A stretch of DNA of 64,000 nucleotides from an uncultured Gammaproteobacteria bacterium (GTDB taxonomy: Bacteria > Patescibacteriota > Microgenomatia > Levybacterales > GWA1-39-11). The stretch covers positions 18,315 through 82,314 of the forward strand of contig CAYMYC010000003.1 in NCBI GenBank assembly GCA_964394645.1. The letters are read 5' to 3'. This document shows, piece after piece, positions 29,837 to 38,323 of this stretch. The position numbers and the translations under genes were made by a program. Numbering within the stretch: position 1 is the stretch's first letter; every line of letters begins with the position of its first letter. A model generated the notes under the pieces. That model did no database searches and was not told the DNA's origin. It saw nothing but the letters and a program-made list of their open reading frames with translations.

Positions 29837-30604
29837 TCATTTACTTAGGATAAATGTATTAATAACGTCACATATTCCGTCTTCTGTTACGGGTGGAGCT
29901 ATATAGTCTGCAATTGCCTTTAATTCAGGGATAGCATTTCCCATGGCAACTTTAAGTCCTGATGCTATAAGAAGCGGAAAGTCATTATAGCCATCTCCTA
30001 CACCAACAATTTCTTTACGTGTGATATTTAATTTTTCACAAACAGAAGCAATTCCGTGAAGTTTTGTTGCCTTAGCATGGGTAATATTAAAACCAAAATG
30101 ATTAGGTTTTTTGTGTTTTGACCTATGGAGCGTAAGGTCTGTCATGTGAGAAAAAAGTGAAAAAACCTTTTCAATCTTTTCCTCAGGGTAATCCTCTAAT
30201 GCATAGATCATATATGCCTTCTTGAAAGTTTCAGTTTTTTTAAATGGTCCCTTCTCATACGAGCTTTCATACATATTACTTTTAAGATAAAAGGGTATAT
30301 TTTCCTTATGTAAGATTTCGACTATTTCCTTTGCGCTTATATATGTAATAGGTTCCTCATAGATGACTTTTTTTGTTTTTATCTCAATTACGATTGCGCC
30401 GCCATTTGTTACTGCATATGCTGTGCCAGGCAATGCGTTTAAAATAGGTTCAATTGCGTTGTATGCCCGTCCTGTGACAAGGCATACGGCTAATTTTTTT
30501 TGAGCTTCTCGTAATGACGAAAGAACTTTTTTTGAGGGGAAAGACGCATAGTGATAGGGGATAAGTGTTCCATCTACGTCCACCATGAGTGCCTTATAGT
30601 TCAT
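29837..30604 (-). CDS. HAD-superfamily Cof-type (IIB) phosphatase
   Basis: Motif I MVDVDGTL is present, and the C-terminus carries VGVGDGYNDFPLL (motif IV GDGxND), with a Cof-like cap length. Confidence 0.8.
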   Translation of the reverse strand: MNYKALMVDVDGTLIPYHYASFPSKKVLSSLREAQKKLAVCLVTGRAYNAIEPILNALPGTAYAVTNGGAIVIEIKTKKVIYEEPITYISAKEIVEILHKENIPFYLKSNMYESSYEKGPFKKTETFKKAYMIYALEDYPEEKIEKVFSLFSHMTDLTLHRSKHKKPNHFGFNITHAKATKLHGIASVCEKLNITRKEIVGVGDGYNDFPLLIASGLKVAMGNAIPELKAIADYIAPPVTEDGICDVINTFILSK

Positions 30605-30687
30605 AAAAAATTATATCACAAAATCTTGACATATCGCGTATATTTTTGTAGTCTTATAAGTACTGATTGTATTCAAAAAAATTCCTT

Positions 30688-31407
30688 ATGGAAGATAAAT
30701 CTCAAATAAACACTAAGAAGCCAAATTTCTTCAAGGGTATAAACAGAGTTGCTAAAGCAATGGGAATAGAAAAGGTGGCGGAGGTGCAGGCGCAGACTGG
30801 CAATGGAGTAATTTCGCAAGAAGCACCTAAATTAGCAGACACTTCAATGTTGGGAACAGTTATTGCTCCCGAGCAAAAAGGAGTGATACAAGATGTTAGA
30901 GTCGTTACTGGAACTGGTGAATCTGATGAAACTCAGTCAATGCCTCCCGTAGTTTCTCCTCCTGAGGTACCTTCAGCAACGCCTCTTGTGTCACGTGCTG
31001 AAGTAGCTCCCGTAGTAGTTGGAGATACAAAAGAAGTGGAAAAACCTGAATTTAGAATTTCGCCGGAAATTTCTGGTCCTAGTGTAACTGAGCATCCTGT
31101 TCAGATGATGGAACATGATAGTGCTTCTGTGAATTCCATCGGTCACTCTCTTGAGGCGCTTGTGCTTGAGTCTGACCCTCTTAGCTACATAAAACCAGAC
31201 GGTTCTATAGACGATTTGGCACTGACACAAGCAGTAATTGAATATGCGCAAACCCCGGGGAATATGCACACAATACAAGAAAAATCTCCCGTTTCAGCTA
31301 CTCTTTTACAATCTTTAGAGAATAGAGGTTTATTGCAGAATGGTGAGGTTGTGGCTGCATGCCTTAAAGCTATTACTGACAGAGACAATACAAAAAAAAC
31401 TGCGTAA
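30688..31407 (+). CDS. Hypothetical acidic protein (240 aa)
   Basis: An ORF starting at the ATG at 30688 (MEDKSQINT...). It is Pro/Val/Ser-rich with low complexity in the middle. Confidence 0.45.
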   Translation: MEDKSQINTKKPNFFKGINRVAKAMGIEKVAEVQAQTGNGVISQEAPKLADTSMLGTVIAPEQKGVIQDVRVVTGTGESDETQSMPPVVSPPEVPSATPLVSRAEVAPVVVGDTKEVEKPEFRISPEISGPSVTEHPVQMMEHDSASVNSIGHSLEALVLESDPLSYIKPDGSIDDLALTQAVIEYAQTPGNMHTIQEKSPVSATLLQSLENRGLLQNGEVVAACLKAITDRDNTKKTA

Positions 31408-31459
31408 ATTTCGACTTTATATACTTGATACTTCCTGTTTGATTTAGCATACTAATTAT

Positions 31460-32338
31460 GTGTCAGATTTTAAGTTTATAGAAATTCCAAATGGAGGTCA
31501 GTGGGTGGTTAGTGCGCCTAAGCGCGCACGAAGACCTGAAAGTAAGAAAAAAACAGGATGTGTTTTTTGTCCAAAAGAAGATCCAAATGATATTGAAATT
31601 GAGAAATACAGAATAGGTGGAGAAAAAGGCGATCCCAATTGGAAAATACGAGTTATACAAAATAAATTTCCTTTTGCTCCAATTCATGATGTGGTAATTC
31701 TTACCCCAGAGCATGTAAAGCACATTTCAGATGTAAACGTGGAGCAGGTAAGGTTAGGAATAGAGGCATATGTGAATAGGTATAATACATATAAAAAAGA
31801 TGGAAATGTAACAATATTTGGGAATGCGGGTCGTGAATCTGGCGAGTCTATTGGGCACCCTCATGCCCAAATTGCAGTAACGCCCCTGGAAGTTGAATTA
31901 ACTGTTCCAAAACTTGAGAAAGAAGTATCTTATAGGGGTGAGCATTTTGTAGTGGGAGAGTTTGAGGTGATATGTCCGCCATATTCACAATGGCCAGATG
32001 AGATTTGGATTATCCCACAGGAGCGGGAAAGAACTTTTGGTGAGGTAACATACAAAGAAATTGAAAGCTTGTCATATGTTTGGCACAGGATAATTAAAAT
32101 ATTTGAGATGAGACATGGACACAAGTTCCCTCATAATTTTTACATTTATCCCTTTACGGATTGGTATGTACGGATTATTCCCCGTGTGAAAATTCCCGGT
32201 GGTTTTGAAGTGGCAACCGGGGTTTTTGTGAATACTCAGGATCCACATGAAACAATCAGTTTTATAAAAGAACATTTTGCTGAGGCTGAAGAGGGAAACA
32301 TTAAGAAACACAGAGCAAAATATAGACGGGGAGTATGA
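31460..32338 (+). CDS. HIT-family nucleotidyltransferase, galactose-1-phosphate uridylyltransferase (GalT)-like
   Basis: GTG start. A Zn-binding CVFCPKE...H and the histidine triad-like GHPHAQI active site match the GalT/Ap4A-phosphorylase branch of the HIT superfamily. Length 292 aa. Confidence 0.55.
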   Translation: MSDFKFIEIPNGGQWVVSAPKRARRPESKKKTGCVFCPKEDPNDIEIEKYRIGGEKGDPNWKIRVIQNKFPFAPIHDVVILTPEHVKHISDVNVEQVRLGIEAYVNRYNTYKKDGNVTIFGNAGRESGESIGHPHAQIAVTPLEVELTVPKLEKEVSYRGEHFVVGEFEVICPPYSQWPDEIWIIPQERERTFGEVTYKEIESLSYVWHRIIKIFEMRHGHKFPHNFYIYPFTDWYVRIIPRVKIPGGFEVATGVFVNTQDPHETISFIKEHFAEAEEGNIKKHRAKYRRGV

Positions 32339-32413
32339 TTCTTTGCATTAAGATTTGCATGAGAGGGGTTTATATTATTTTAATGTCCAATCTGGTATAA
32401 TTATTTTTTCCTA

Positions 32414-33196
32414 ATGAATAAACGCTTAGTTATTATATCTGATTACGGAATAGGAGATCCCGCCTTTGTTGAGGTTTCTGTGCGTCTTAACTCATACTCA
32501 CCAGACCTCACAATACTTCCTATAGCGACCCCTGCGTTTTCAACTATTAACACTGGTTTTTGGATTTCACAAATAGCCTTAGCTCAAAATCTGCGTGATA
32601 CATACATCTTCTCAAATACCGCTCCTAGAAAAGAAGACAAGAGGGCACAGAAAAATAATAGGGGTGAAAAATTAATGTACGCAAAGCTTAAGAATGGCTT
32701 TGAAATTATAGCGGTAAATTCAGGATTTTGTTTTGCATTTGTTCGGGATTATATACAAGAATTTAGAGAGGTTAAGGTTTCAAATGAAGGTTCACAGTTC
32801 AGATCCAGGGATAATTATCCGCAAAAAGTATCAGAAATGATTGCGGGCGAATATGAGAAGTTTTTAGGGGACGAATTTCCTGCAGATTTAATTCCTGATA
32901 TACCAAAGAAAAAAATCGCGTCGATTGATGGGTATGGAAATATAAAAACTACCATGCGTCTTTCAGAGATCACCTATAAGCCTGGACAGAAATTATTAAT
33001 GAAATTAAACACAACCTCACACTTGGTAACCTTTTCTGATGGGGTATTTAATATTGCGGAAGGGGAGACAGCATTTGCTCCGGGTTCATCAGGTTACAAC
33101 GACCGTTTTATGGAGATATTTGTTCGTGGAGGAAGCGCATTTGCACAGTTTGGTAAGCCTCATGTAGAACAGGAATTTGAAATTGTTGAAAAATAA
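32414..33196 (+). CDS. SAM hydroxide adenosyltransferase-like protein (DUF62/SalL/fluorinase family)
   Basis: The N-terminus LVIISDYGIGDPAFVEVSVRL resembles the conserved ITLTTDFG..DPYVG start. The C-terminal domain ASIDGYGNIKTTM resembles the DUF62 C-terminal IDxFGNLxTN. Length ~260 aa. Confidence 0.5.
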   Translation: MNKRLVIISDYGIGDPAFVEVSVRLNSYSPDLTILPIATPAFSTINTGFWISQIALAQNLRDTYIFSNTAPRKEDKRAQKNNRGEKLMYAKLKNGFEIIAVNSGFCFAFVRDYIQEFREVKVSNEGSQFRSRDNYPQKVSEMIAGEYEKFLGDEFPADLIPDIPKKKIASIDGYGNIKTTMRLSEITYKPGQKLLMKLNTTSHLVTFSDGVFNIAEGETAFAPGSSGYNDRFMEIFVRGGSAFAQFGKPHVEQEFEIVEK

Positions 33197-33241
33197 AAAC
33201 TTCCTGGGTAGACACTAGAGCATTTTACTAAAAACCCCGCT

Positions 33242-34114
33242 TTAAGGAGCTATTGTAGTAGTTGGAAGAACTATCTGAGGAATAGTTTGGCTGTTCATTT
33301 GCGGTCTAGTCTTTAAAAATCCTGATCCTGAAGCATTCTGACTTTTAGGCGTTGCAACTAAAAGTCCCTGAAGGATTTGGCGTGCATCCAAGAGCGCAGC
33401 TTTTATATCCTGAATTGCAGTTTGAAGATTTGTTTTTGCGTTTTGAAGAATTATTTTATTGTTAGGATAGCCATCAGGAGTGAGTGGTGTAATATTTGTT
33501 ACAATTGTAGTTGCTTGACTGTTAGCATCTGCAATTTTTGAGTTCATATCCGTAAGTAATATTTTAAGTGAAGCAGTGTTTGTGCCATTTGTCTGAGCTG
33601 TGTCTATTCTTTCAGATAATCTGGCTGAAAGGGAAGAGAGCTTTGTTGTAGTCTCAAGTACGCTATTTGCGCCAACAAGAAGACGTATTTGTGGAATATA
33701 TACCGCATAAACTCGATATGAGGACACAATAGACCGTACATCAGTTTTAAGAGTTGCAGTATCCGTATCTGATCGAATCTTAGAAGATAAGGTATTTAGG
33801 CTTTTGATTTCAGATTGAATAGAAGTAGTGAATTTTTCTTTTTGTGTTGGAGTTAAATGTTTTAAGGTATTTATTTTTGTTAAAAGCTCGGTTAATGAGG
33901 TAATTCGTTTTTGGATTTCTGAGAGGGCACGCTGTTGAAGAGTTTCTTGTAGATTCTGCTTAATTGCAGCGCTATTGCTTCCAACTCTATTGGCTGTTGG
34001 GTACTTTATTTGACTTGGGTTAGGGGTTACGCTTTGGGCATGTGTTATTCGCACTCCTGCAAAAAGAAGTATAAAGACAATAATTGGTACAAAAGATATA
34101 TGTTTATATTTCAT
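33242..34114 (-). CDS. Hypothetical secreted coiled-coil protein (290 aa)
   Basis: A signal peptide-like N-terminus is followed by repeated Thr/Leu/Ser heptads. Confidence 0.45.
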   Translation of the reverse strand: MKYKHISFVPIIVFILLFAGVRITHAQSVTPNPSQIKYPTANRVGSNSAAIKQNLQETLQQRALSEIQKRITSLTELLTKINTLKHLTPTQKEKFTTSIQSEIKSLNTLSSKIRSDTDTATLKTDVRSIVSSYRVYAVYIPQIRLLVGANSVLETTTKLSSLSARLSERIDTAQTNGTNTASLKILLTDMNSKIADANSQATTIVTNITPLTPDGYPNNKIILQNAKTNLQTAIQDIKAALLDARQILQGLLVATPKSQNASGSGFLKTRPQMNSQTIPQIVLPTTTIAP

Positions 34115-34554
34115 TATTCAAGATTGGGTGATTGCTCAGTAAGTGAATTATTTATTTGATTTAATTGCGATTCAAGTTGTGTTGCTTCTTGTGTTACTTC
34201 CTGGTTTGCTTGTTCAAGAGCTGCATCGCCTGATGCTGGCGTTGGAGATGGAATTACAGTAGGGGTTGCGGTAGTATTTTCAATTTTTTCGAGCTTTCCT
34301 CCTTGTTGCCGAAGCATCACGAAGTAAGTAATTCCTAGTATAACTACAAGGAATACAAGACCTATCAGAACAAACAGAAGCATTTTTGATGATTTGTGTG
34401 GTGTTTGTGTATTGTCTGTTGTAGGAGTTTGCGGCTGAGGAGTAGGACCATTTGCTGCTGGTGGTGTTTGTTGTGGTTCTGGAGTATTAGAAGCTATGCC
34501 AGGCGTTGCGTTTTCTACAGGAGCAGTAGTAGTATTCTGGGCAGAATTTTCCAT
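34114..34554 (-). CDS. Hypothetical Pro/Thr-rich single-pass membrane protein (146 aa)
   Basis: A PT-rich N-terminus, a central TM helix LLFVLIGLVFLVVILGITYFV and a Q/E-rich C-terminus. Its stop overlaps the neighbouring gene's start by 1 nt. Confidence 0.45.
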   Translation of the reverse strand: MENSAQNTTTAPVENATPGIASNTPEPQQTPPAANGPTPQPQTPTTDNTQTPHKSSKMLLFVLIGLVFLVVILGITYFVMLRQQGGKLEKIENTTATPTVIPSPTPASGDAALEQANQEVTQEATQLESQLNQINNSLTEQSPNLE

Positions 34555-34591
34555 ATAGTTTAGAGTACCTATTTATGGAGAAATTGTCAAG

Positions 34592-35035
34592 TTATTTTGT
34601 GTTTCCTGAGTGAAGTATGCTCTTTCTGTAATAATTGATATTTACAGCTTTATTTGCAAGAATTCCAGTCATGAGTTGTAGCGTTTCCTGTCGTGTGAAT
34701 TTCCATGAGTTTGAGTTTGGTATGTATTCACCTATGCCCAATGCGGATCGGATTTTTCTGATTTTTTCTTGGTTTTGAGACATAACAAGTTGACCCAAGT
34801 TAGTAAGTGTTGTGTTTATATATTCATTTTTCCAGTCTAGTTGTTTCCATATCATCTCACCCATGGAGCTTGATGCGAATGTTGAAAAGTCATTTGTTGC
34901 CATTTTCCAAACACTTTTTAAGTGTTCTCTATTTTTTACGTTATTTTTTGCGATTTGTTGCCCGTCATGAGGAAAAGGGATATTTTTTATATTAATAAAA
35001 GGGGGCAGTTGTGATATACGCTCAACTGAAGGCAT
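34592..35035 (-). CDS. Hypothetical protein (147 aa) immediately downstream of rplA
   Basis: An ORF that is not L10-like. Confidence 0.45.
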   Translation of the reverse strand: MPSVERISQLPPFINIKNIPFPHDGQQIAKNNVKNREHLKSVWKMATNDFSTFASSSMGEMIWKQLDWKNEYINTTLTNLGQLVMSQNQEKIRKIRSALGIGEYIPNSNSWKFTRQETLQLMTGILANKAVNINYYRKSILHSGNTK

Positions 35036-35045
35036 AATATGGATT

Positions 35046-35885
35046 TTACAGTGAAATTTTTATTGCAGGTGACATTGTAGATTTGAGGGTTACAGAATTG
35101 ATCTTACTGTTGCCTATGGTAGATAATACAGTTGTAACATTATCCGCTATCTTCTTGTCATCAAAAGATAATTTACCTACTGAAAGATGTATGATAGGAG
35201 CAGTTGACTCTGTTTTATATCCGATTTGTCCTGCGGAGAGTTTTTCAGCCGCCTTTTCAGGTTCTGTGCTAATGGTTCCGTTCTTAGGATTTGGCATAAG
35301 CCCACGTGGTCCAAGTATTTTTGCAACCTTAGCCAATTTAGGCATTACAGAGGGGTGAGCTACTAGGATATCAAAGCTGATTTTCCCTTTCTCTATTTCT
35401 GCAATTAGTAGGTCATCCGCAATTTTTATATTTAGTTTTTTACCTGTTCCATGAGGAAGTACGACTGTTCCTGAAATTCCCTTTTCCCGTGTATTGATGT
35501 GAAGCTCTACGGTTTCATCAAAGGACGAAGGTTTAAACTTTCTCAACTTTTCAATAGATTTGGTTATGTTTAAAGGGGTAGTATCAGTTATTTTTTTATT
35601 TTCTGTGTGGCGTTTTGAAATAATTCGGGCTTTCTTTTCAGCCTTTTCTTTTTTGTTTTCTTTTTGGGATGTTTGATCGTCAGCTGGTGAGACATCTAAT
35701 TGAGCGGCAATTTCTTCTTCTGAAACACCAACAGTAGTAGTTCTTTCTCCGCCTTTCATCCCTGAAACATGAGTACTTTTCTTTCCTTCGCGTAGATCTT
35801 TTTGCTCACGTTTAGCCTTATTTTTTTCTATCTCTTGCTGCTCTTGTTGTTCGTCTCCTATGACTTTGATTTTTACTTTACCCAT
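35046..35885 (-). CDS. rplA: 50S ribosomal protein L1 with an ~87-aa Lys/Glu/Gln-rich N-terminal extension
   Basis: The core aligns with bacterial L1: VLPHGTGKK, ...FDILVAHPSVMPKLAKVAKILGPRGLMPNPKNGTIS.... Residues 1-87 are highly charged low-complexity. Confidence 0.85.
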   Translation of the reverse strand: MGKVKIKVIGDEQQEQQEIEKNKAKREQKDLREGKKSTHVSGMKGGERTTTVGVSEEEIAAQLDVSPADDQTSQKENKKEKAEKKARIISKRHTENKKITDTTPLNITKSIEKLRKFKPSSFDETVELHINTREKGISGTVVLPHGTGKKLNIKIADDLLIAEIEKGKISFDILVAHPSVMPKLAKVAKILGPRGLMPNPKNGTISTEPEKAAEKLSAGQIGYKTESTAPIIHLSVGKLSFDDKKIADNVTTVLSTIGNSKINSVTLKSTMSPAIKISL

Positions 35886-35886
35886 A

Positions 35887-36321
35887 TTAATTTGTCTCAG
35901 CTTCGGTGTCTATTCCCATGCTGCGTGCAACACCTTTAACAATTCGTGCTGCCATTTTAACGTCTTTCGTATTTAAATCATCCATTTTAATGGTAGCTAT
36001 TTCTTCAGCTTGAGCTTGAGACAGTTTTCCTGCAGATTCTTTAGAGGGCTTTCCAGATCCCTTTTGGATTTTAAGTGTTTTTTTAATAAGTTCTGCAACC
36101 GGTGGTTTTTTAACAATAAATGAGAAGGTACGGTCTTCGTATACGGTGATAACACAAGGAAGAACAGTTCCTTTTTGATCTCCTGTTTTGTCATTAAACG
36201 CTTTCACAAACTCCATAATAGGAAGACCATGTGGACCCAAGGCTGTTCCAATTGGAGGTGCGGGAGTAGCCTCGCCACCTTTAACGTTTATCTTTATAAA
36301 TGTTTTAATTTTTTTAGCCAT
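35887..36321 (-). CDS. rplK: 50S ribosomal protein L11
   Basis: MAKKIKTFIKINVKGGEATPAPPIGTALGPHG... is a classic L11 N-terminus including the PPIGTALG motif. Confidence 0.9.
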   Translation of the reverse strand: MAKKIKTFIKINVKGGEATPAPPIGTALGPHGLPIMEFVKAFNDKTGDQKGTVLPCVITVYEDRTFSFIVKKPPVAELIKKTLKIQKGSGKPSKESAGKLSQAQAEEIATIKMDDLNTKDVKMAARIVKGVARSMGIDTEAETN

Positions 36322-36485
36322 AATTTTGTTATTAAATTTAAAAAATATTCAGAGACTTATGTACTCATAAAAGGTATGCATTATTTGGGTCAAGTTTCTT
36401 TAATTTTTCTTTCAATCTATGTATTCTAGATTGTGTCTCTGAGCTAGCAATCAAATCTTTTGCCTCTTCTTTATTGCGTCCCATA

Positions 36486-37022
36486 TTATAGTTTCTCCAC
36501 CTGTAAGAAATCAAATTCAACGGGTGTTTCGCGTCCAAAAATGTTCATTAAGACCTTCATGCGTCCTCGAGCCTCATCAATACTCTCAACTGTTCCTAAT
36601 TGGTCTGAGAATGGTCCATCTACTACTTTTACGGCTTGTCCGACAGAAAATGCGGATTTAAAGACTGGGTCTTTCATTTCTACAAATTTAACAATTGCCT
36701 CAACTTCATCATCTCGTACTGGAGTAGGTTTATTTTGTGCTCCCACAAATGAAGTAACTCCTGCGGTCGTGCGCACTAAAAGCCATGATTCGTCATCCAG
36801 AACCATTTTTACCATGATGTATCCGGGGAAAATTTTCTCCTTAACGTTTTCTTTCTTTCCTCCGCGTACTTTGATGGTTTCGCGGGTTGGAACGAGTACT
36901 TCAAGGATTCTTCCCTCAAATCCCATGCTCTGCACGCGTTGCATAAGTGTTTTTGCGACCTTATTTTCGTGTCCAGAATAGGTGTGGACTATGTACCAGT
37001 GTGCTTTTTTTCCTTCTTCCAT
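36486..37022 (-). CDS. nusG: Transcription termination/antitermination factor NusG
   Basis: WYIVHTYSGHENKV in the NGN domain and a C-terminal KOW motif (GQAVKVVDGPFSDQLGTV). Its position between secE and rplK also fits. Confidence 0.9.
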   Translation of the reverse strand: MEEGKKAHWYIVHTYSGHENKVAKTLMQRVQSMGFEGRILEVLVPTRETIKVRGGKKENVKEKIFPGYIMVKMVLDDESWLLVRTTAGVTSFVGAQNKPTPVRDDEVEAIVKFVEMKDPVFKSAFSVGQAVKVVDGPFSDQLGTVESIDEARGRMKVLMNIFGRETPVEFDFLQVEKL

Positions 37023-37038
37023 ATTTATATCTAACTTA

Positions 37039-37212
37039 TTATTGAATTATTAATTTTAACAGTTCAGCAAACAAAAAGTCTGCGATTCCTAAATATACGC
37101 CCACAAATATGCTTATTGCAATAACTACTGCAGTCAGCCGCATAATCTCAGTTCTGCTAGGCCATGCAACCTGTATAAGTTCAGCCTGTACTTGTTTTAA
37201 GAACGTGAGCAT
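37039..37212 (-). CDS. secE: Preprotein translocase subunit SecE
   Basis: A 57-aa single-TM protein (MLTFLKQVQAELIQVAWPSRTE...). I chose the ATG at 37212 over the TTG at 37230. It lies immediately upstream of nusG. Confidence 0.75.
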   Translation of the reverse strand: MLTFLKQVQAELIQVAWPSRTEIMRLTAVVIAISIFVGVYLGIADFLFAELLKLIIQ

Positions 37213-37377
37213 ATAAAACTCAAATCTCAAATCGGAAATTTATCTAACTTGGATAGTACAATCTGAGGTTGAGAACTTAATTTTATCATACATTACTTAG
37301 CCTTGTAAAGTGTGTATTGTGATATGCCTTATTTGATGTTTGACAAATTTTCTGTAAAAATCTACAATTGCATAACA

Positions 37378-38271
37378 ATGTCAAAAATAAGAAAAGCAGT
37401 TATCCCCGCGGCTGGCTTCGGAACACGCTTCCTTCCACAGACGAAAGCAATGCCTAAAGAAATGTTACCCATAGTAGATAAGCCTATTATTCAGTATATT
37501 GTTGAAGAGTTGGTGAATGCGGGTATTACGGATATAATCCTGGTAACAGGTTATCACAAGCGCACAATAGAAGATCATTTTGATGCCGCAAATCTGGATC
37601 TTATTGAAAATTTACGGATGGGGGGAGAGAAAAAACGTCCACTTTTAGAGGAGATTGAAAAAATTTCTAGTATGGCAAATTTTATTTATGTTCGGCAAAA
37701 AGGTCCGTATGGAAATGGAACACCACTTATGAACGTGCGCCACATTGTGGGAAATGAACCATTTATCTATGCGTTTTCAGATGATTTTATTCATGCGGCT
37801 CCTAAATCCCGTTTTCAACAATTGGTAGAGTTATATGATGAATTTGAGTGTTCAATTCTTTCCTCAATTAGAGCAGAAAAGGAAGTAGACTATGACAGAT
37901 ATGGTTTTGCGGGTGGAGATGAGATTCGACCTGGGATAATTTCTGCAAAGGTCATTATTGAAAAACCAGGAATGGAAGCAGCTCCTTCAGACCTGGCGAA
38001 TGTTAGCTCTACCGTGCTGTCACCTGAAATTTTTAATTATTTAGATCGTGCATCGGAAAATTTAAAGGATGGAGATGAGTTATATTATAATGATGCACTC
38101 AAGCTTATGATTGAGGATGGTAGAAAAGTAATAGCAGCTGAAATTGCGGGTGGAAAATATTATGATACAGGAAACAAGCTAGAATATATGAAAACAGTTG
38201 TCGAATTTGCGCTTGAACACCCTGAAATAAACGGCAAATTCCGCGAGTTTTTAAAGGGTCTGGATCTCTAA
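37378..38271 (+). CDS. galU: UTP--glucose-1-phosphate uridylyltransferase
   Basis: The N-terminus KAVIPAAGFGTRFLPQTKAMPKEMLPIVDKPIIQY is the canonical GalU nucleotidyltransferase motif. I chose the ATG at 37378 (MSKIRKAV); the ORF track's upstream extension is unlikely. Confidence 0.85.
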   Translation: MSKIRKAVIPAAGFGTRFLPQTKAMPKEMLPIVDKPIIQYIVEELVNAGITDIILVTGYHKRTIEDHFDAANLDLIENLRMGGEKKRPLLEEIEKISSMANFIYVRQKGPYGNGTPLMNVRHIVGNEPFIYAFSDDFIHAAPKSRFQQLVELYDEFECSILSSIRAEKEVDYDRYGFAGGDEIRPGIISAKVIIEKPGMEAAPSDLANVSSTVLSPEIFNYLDRASENLKDGDELYYNDALKLMIEDGRKVIAAEIAGGKYYDTGNKLEYMKTVVEFALEHPEINGKFREFLKGLDL

Positions 38272-38323
38272 AAGCCTTAAGAGTCTTCTTCGTGGGCTCA
38301 TTTGTATTACCTTCTGAATTTCC

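Noticed and set aside
2317-30705. Shared N-terminus 'MEDKSQ' between the ABC ATPase (2317) and the hypothetical protein at 30688
   Set aside because: Only six residues match and there is no extended nucleotide identity, so this is most likely coincidence.
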